Shown: positions 61,785 to 64,000 of the stretch, piece by piece
How the letters are laid out: every line of letters begins with the position of its first letter
Numbering within the stretch: position 1 is the first letter of the stretch
Source of the DNA: Romboutsia sp.
GTDB taxonomy: Bacteria > Bacillota > Clostridia > Peptostreptococcales > Peptostreptococcaceae
Length of the DNA: 64,000 bases
Direction of reading: 5' to 3'
Assembly: GCF_035470145.1 (NCBI RefSeq)
Contig: NZ_DATIRC010000017.1
Location: 438-64,437 of the forward strand
The notes under the pieces: model-generated
Seen by the model: only the letters and a program-made list of their open reading frames with translations
Told to the model about the DNA's origin: nothing
Databases searched by the model: none
Made by a program: the position numbers and the translations under genes

Positions 61785-61915
61785 ATTTGACCATGAAAAT
61801 TTCACGTGGTAGTTAAAGGAAACTTTTATGATTAAAGTTAATTAAAATAATGTATAATTGTTAATTATAGGAAAATAGATATATTTATAATTATATTAGA
61901 ATAAGAGGTTTGATT

Positions 61916-62659
61916 ATGGATTTGAGAGAGTTACTAAATGATTTAAAGGATAACAAAATAGATATAGATATGGCATTAAGTAAATTAAAAAATTTACCAT
62001 ATGAAGATTTGGGATATGCCAATATAGACCACCATAGAGAAATAAGAAACGGATATCCAGAAGTGATTTATTGTGAGGGGAAGACGGATGAATATATACT
62101 GGGTATTATTGAAAAAATGAATGAAAAAGGCTCTAATATATTAGGGACTAGGTGTAGAAAAGAAACATTTGATAAAGTTAAGAAAATATATAAATATGCA
62201 CAATATGAAGAATTATCAAAAATACTAAAAATACAAAATCATGATATAGTGAATATAGGTAAGGGGAAAATAGTTGTAGTAACAGGAGGTACATCAGATA
62301 TTCCGGTTGCCGATGAAGCATACTACACTGCTAAATTTTTAGGAAATGAAGTAGAACGAATTTATGATGTGGGTGTAGCAGGAATACATAGATTATTAAA
62401 TCGTAGACATATATTAGAGAATGCTAGAGTAGTGATAGCGGTAGCTGGTATGGAAGGTGCATTACCAAGTGTAGTGGGAGGTCTTGTAGATGTACCAGTG
62501 ATAGCGGTACCTACATCTGTAGGATATGGTGCTAATTTTGGTGGATTATCGGCACTTCTTACGATGTTAAACAGCTGTGCATCGGGTATTTCAGTGGTTA
62601 ATATAGATAATGGATTTGGGGCTGGATACTTAGCAGCTATGATAAATAAATTAAAATAG
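61916..62659 (+). CDS. larB: Nickel-pincer cofactor biosynthesis carboxylase LarB
   Basis: DHHRE.R.GYPEVIYCEGK, GGTSDIPVA, DVGVAGIHR, AGMEGAL, PTSVGYG, VNIDNGFGA. Confidence 0.92.
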   Translation: MDLRELLNDLKDNKIDIDMALSKLKNLPYEDLGYANIDHHREIRNGYPEVIYCEGKTDEYILGIIEKMNEKGSNILGTRCRKETFDKVKKIYKYAQYEELSKILKIQNHDIVNIGKGKIVVVTGGTSDIPVADEAYYTAKFLGNEVERIYDVGVAGIHRLLNRRHILENARVVIAVAGMEGALPSVVGGLVDVPVIAVPTSVGYGANFGGLSALLTMLNSCASGISVVNIDNGFGAGYLAAMINKLK

Positions 62660-62739
62660 ATTAATAATGTTTAATTAATCAAATATAATTTTAAATGGGA
62701 ATACTATGCTTGGAAAAGACAAAATCAAAGGAGAAAATA

Positions 62740-63923
62740 ATGGAACAAAAAATACTTTATTTTGATATGATTAATGGAATTTCTGGAGACATGACAATTG
62801 CGAGCTTACTTGACTTAGGAGTTCCTAAAGAATTATTTTTAGAAGAAATAAAAAAATTAAATATAGATAAAGAATTTGAAATAAAAATAACTTCAAAAAA
62901 TGAAAGTGGAATAGTAGGTACTAATGTAGATATAGTAACTAAAGAAACTCATGCACATAGGCATTTAATAGATATATTTGATATTATTGATAATAGTGAA
63001 TTAAATCATAATGTAAAAGAAATGTCTAAGAAAATATTTATGATTATAGGAGAAGCAGAAGCTAAGGTGCATGGAACTACTATAGATAAAATACATTTTC
63101 ATGAAGTGGGAGCAATAGATTCTATTGTTGATATAATAGGAGCCTCTATATTAATAGATTTGCTTTGCGTAGATAAAATATATGCAAACTCTGTTCCGGT
63201 TGGTTCAGGGTTTGTAAAATGTGACCATGGTATAATGCCTGTTCCTGCACCTGCAACTATAGAAATACTTAAGGGAGTACCTATTAAGTTAAATACAGTT
63301 AAGGGTGAATGTACAACTCCTACAGGTGCAGCAATAGTAAAAACTCTATGTGATGAGTTCGTAGATGAGTTAGAATTTGAGGTCAGTCAAATAGGATATG
63401 GAATTGGACATAAAAAATTTGAAACCCCAAATATGTTAAGAAGTATCATAGGAGTAAAAAAAAAGAAGAAATAATATATGAAATAAATGCGAACATTGAC
63501 GATATGTCTTCAGAGGTATACTCATACCTATATGATAAAATATTAGAAGATGGAGCACTAGATGTATATATAGAAAGTATATACATGAAAAAGAACAGAC
63601 CAGCAAATAAATTGTCAATTTTATGCGAAAAAAGGGATTTGCAAAAATTTGTAGAATTAATACTTATAGAGACGAGTACTTTTGGTGTAAGGTATCATGA
63701 ATATAGTAGAGAAAGATTAACTAGAAAATTTACTAAAATTAATACTCCTTATGGTTTAATTACTGTTAAGTTGGGATATTATAAGGGTAAGTTAATAAAA
63801 GTTACACCAGAGTATGAAGACTGTAAAACAATTGCAAAACAATATAAAATCTCATTGAATCAATTACTATACAAAATAAATGGTAGAATAAATGAAGAAT
63901 TTGACATAAACTTATTGACATAA
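62740..63923 (+). CDS. larC: Nickel insertase LarC, split into LarC1 (62740-63474) and LarC2 (-1 frame) at an A9G slippery run
   Basis: N part GISGDM, HAHRH, AEAKVHG..IHFHEVGA.DS, TPTGAA; the -1 frame reads KEEIIYEINANIDDMSSE...MKKNRP...ETSTFGVR...PEYEDC. Confidence 0.88.
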
Positions 63924-63943
63924 CGAATATTTTTTGATAAATT
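63915..63943 (+). promoter_or_regulatory. SigA promoter for the next transcription unit
   Basis: TTGACA-N17-TAAATT with extended TG. Confidence 0.6.
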
Positions 63944-64000
63944 AGGATTTAACTTAAATAAATAATTTATCAATTGAATACAATATATCACTCGTATATA

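Noticed and set aside
62740-63923. larC as a pseudogene
   Set aside because: Both halves keep conserved motifs, and the break lies at a canonical slippery heptamer at the domain boundary; an assembly error is still possible

Overview
Low-GC, AT-rich chromosomal core region of a spore-forming anaerobe. Gene content and order resemble the Clostridioides difficile / Romboutsia / Paraclostridium (Peptostreptococcaceae) backbone; this is judged from recalled synteny, not a database search. Order: 3' end of tRNA-Arg(UCU), cdaA-cdaR, ptb-buk-[P-loop protein]-four-subunit 2-oxoacid:ferredoxin oxidoreductase, glmM, glmS ribozyme-glmS, an orphan AsrC-like reductase, ywmB-murA-spoIID-spoIIQ-spoIIID-mreB-like-fabZ, yyaC, SAM-I riboswitch-metK, recD2-comF, a free-standing raiA-motif ncRNA, a DnaA-box cluster, hpf-secA-prfB (+1 frameshift)-tex, FMN riboswitch-ribU, tsaE-tsaB-rimI-tsaD, MATE, ABC-F, rex, a 56-aa ferredoxin missed by the ORF track, gluD, SH3/NlpC-P60 hydrolase, PyrR element-pyrBKDE, nagR-nagA-nagB-nagE, dck/dgk, ogg, cls, CIRCE-groESL, an antiporter, larB and a -1 frameshifted larC. 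No mobile element, prophage, CRISPR array or defence island is visible. The most interesting signals are non-coding or recoding features: the raiA RNA with an adjacent non-origin DnaA-box cluster, the slippery-site larC with no larA/larE nearby, a PyrR element overlapping the pyrB ribosome-binding site, and two candidate unannotated small RNAs. I found no convincing wholly new multi-gene system.
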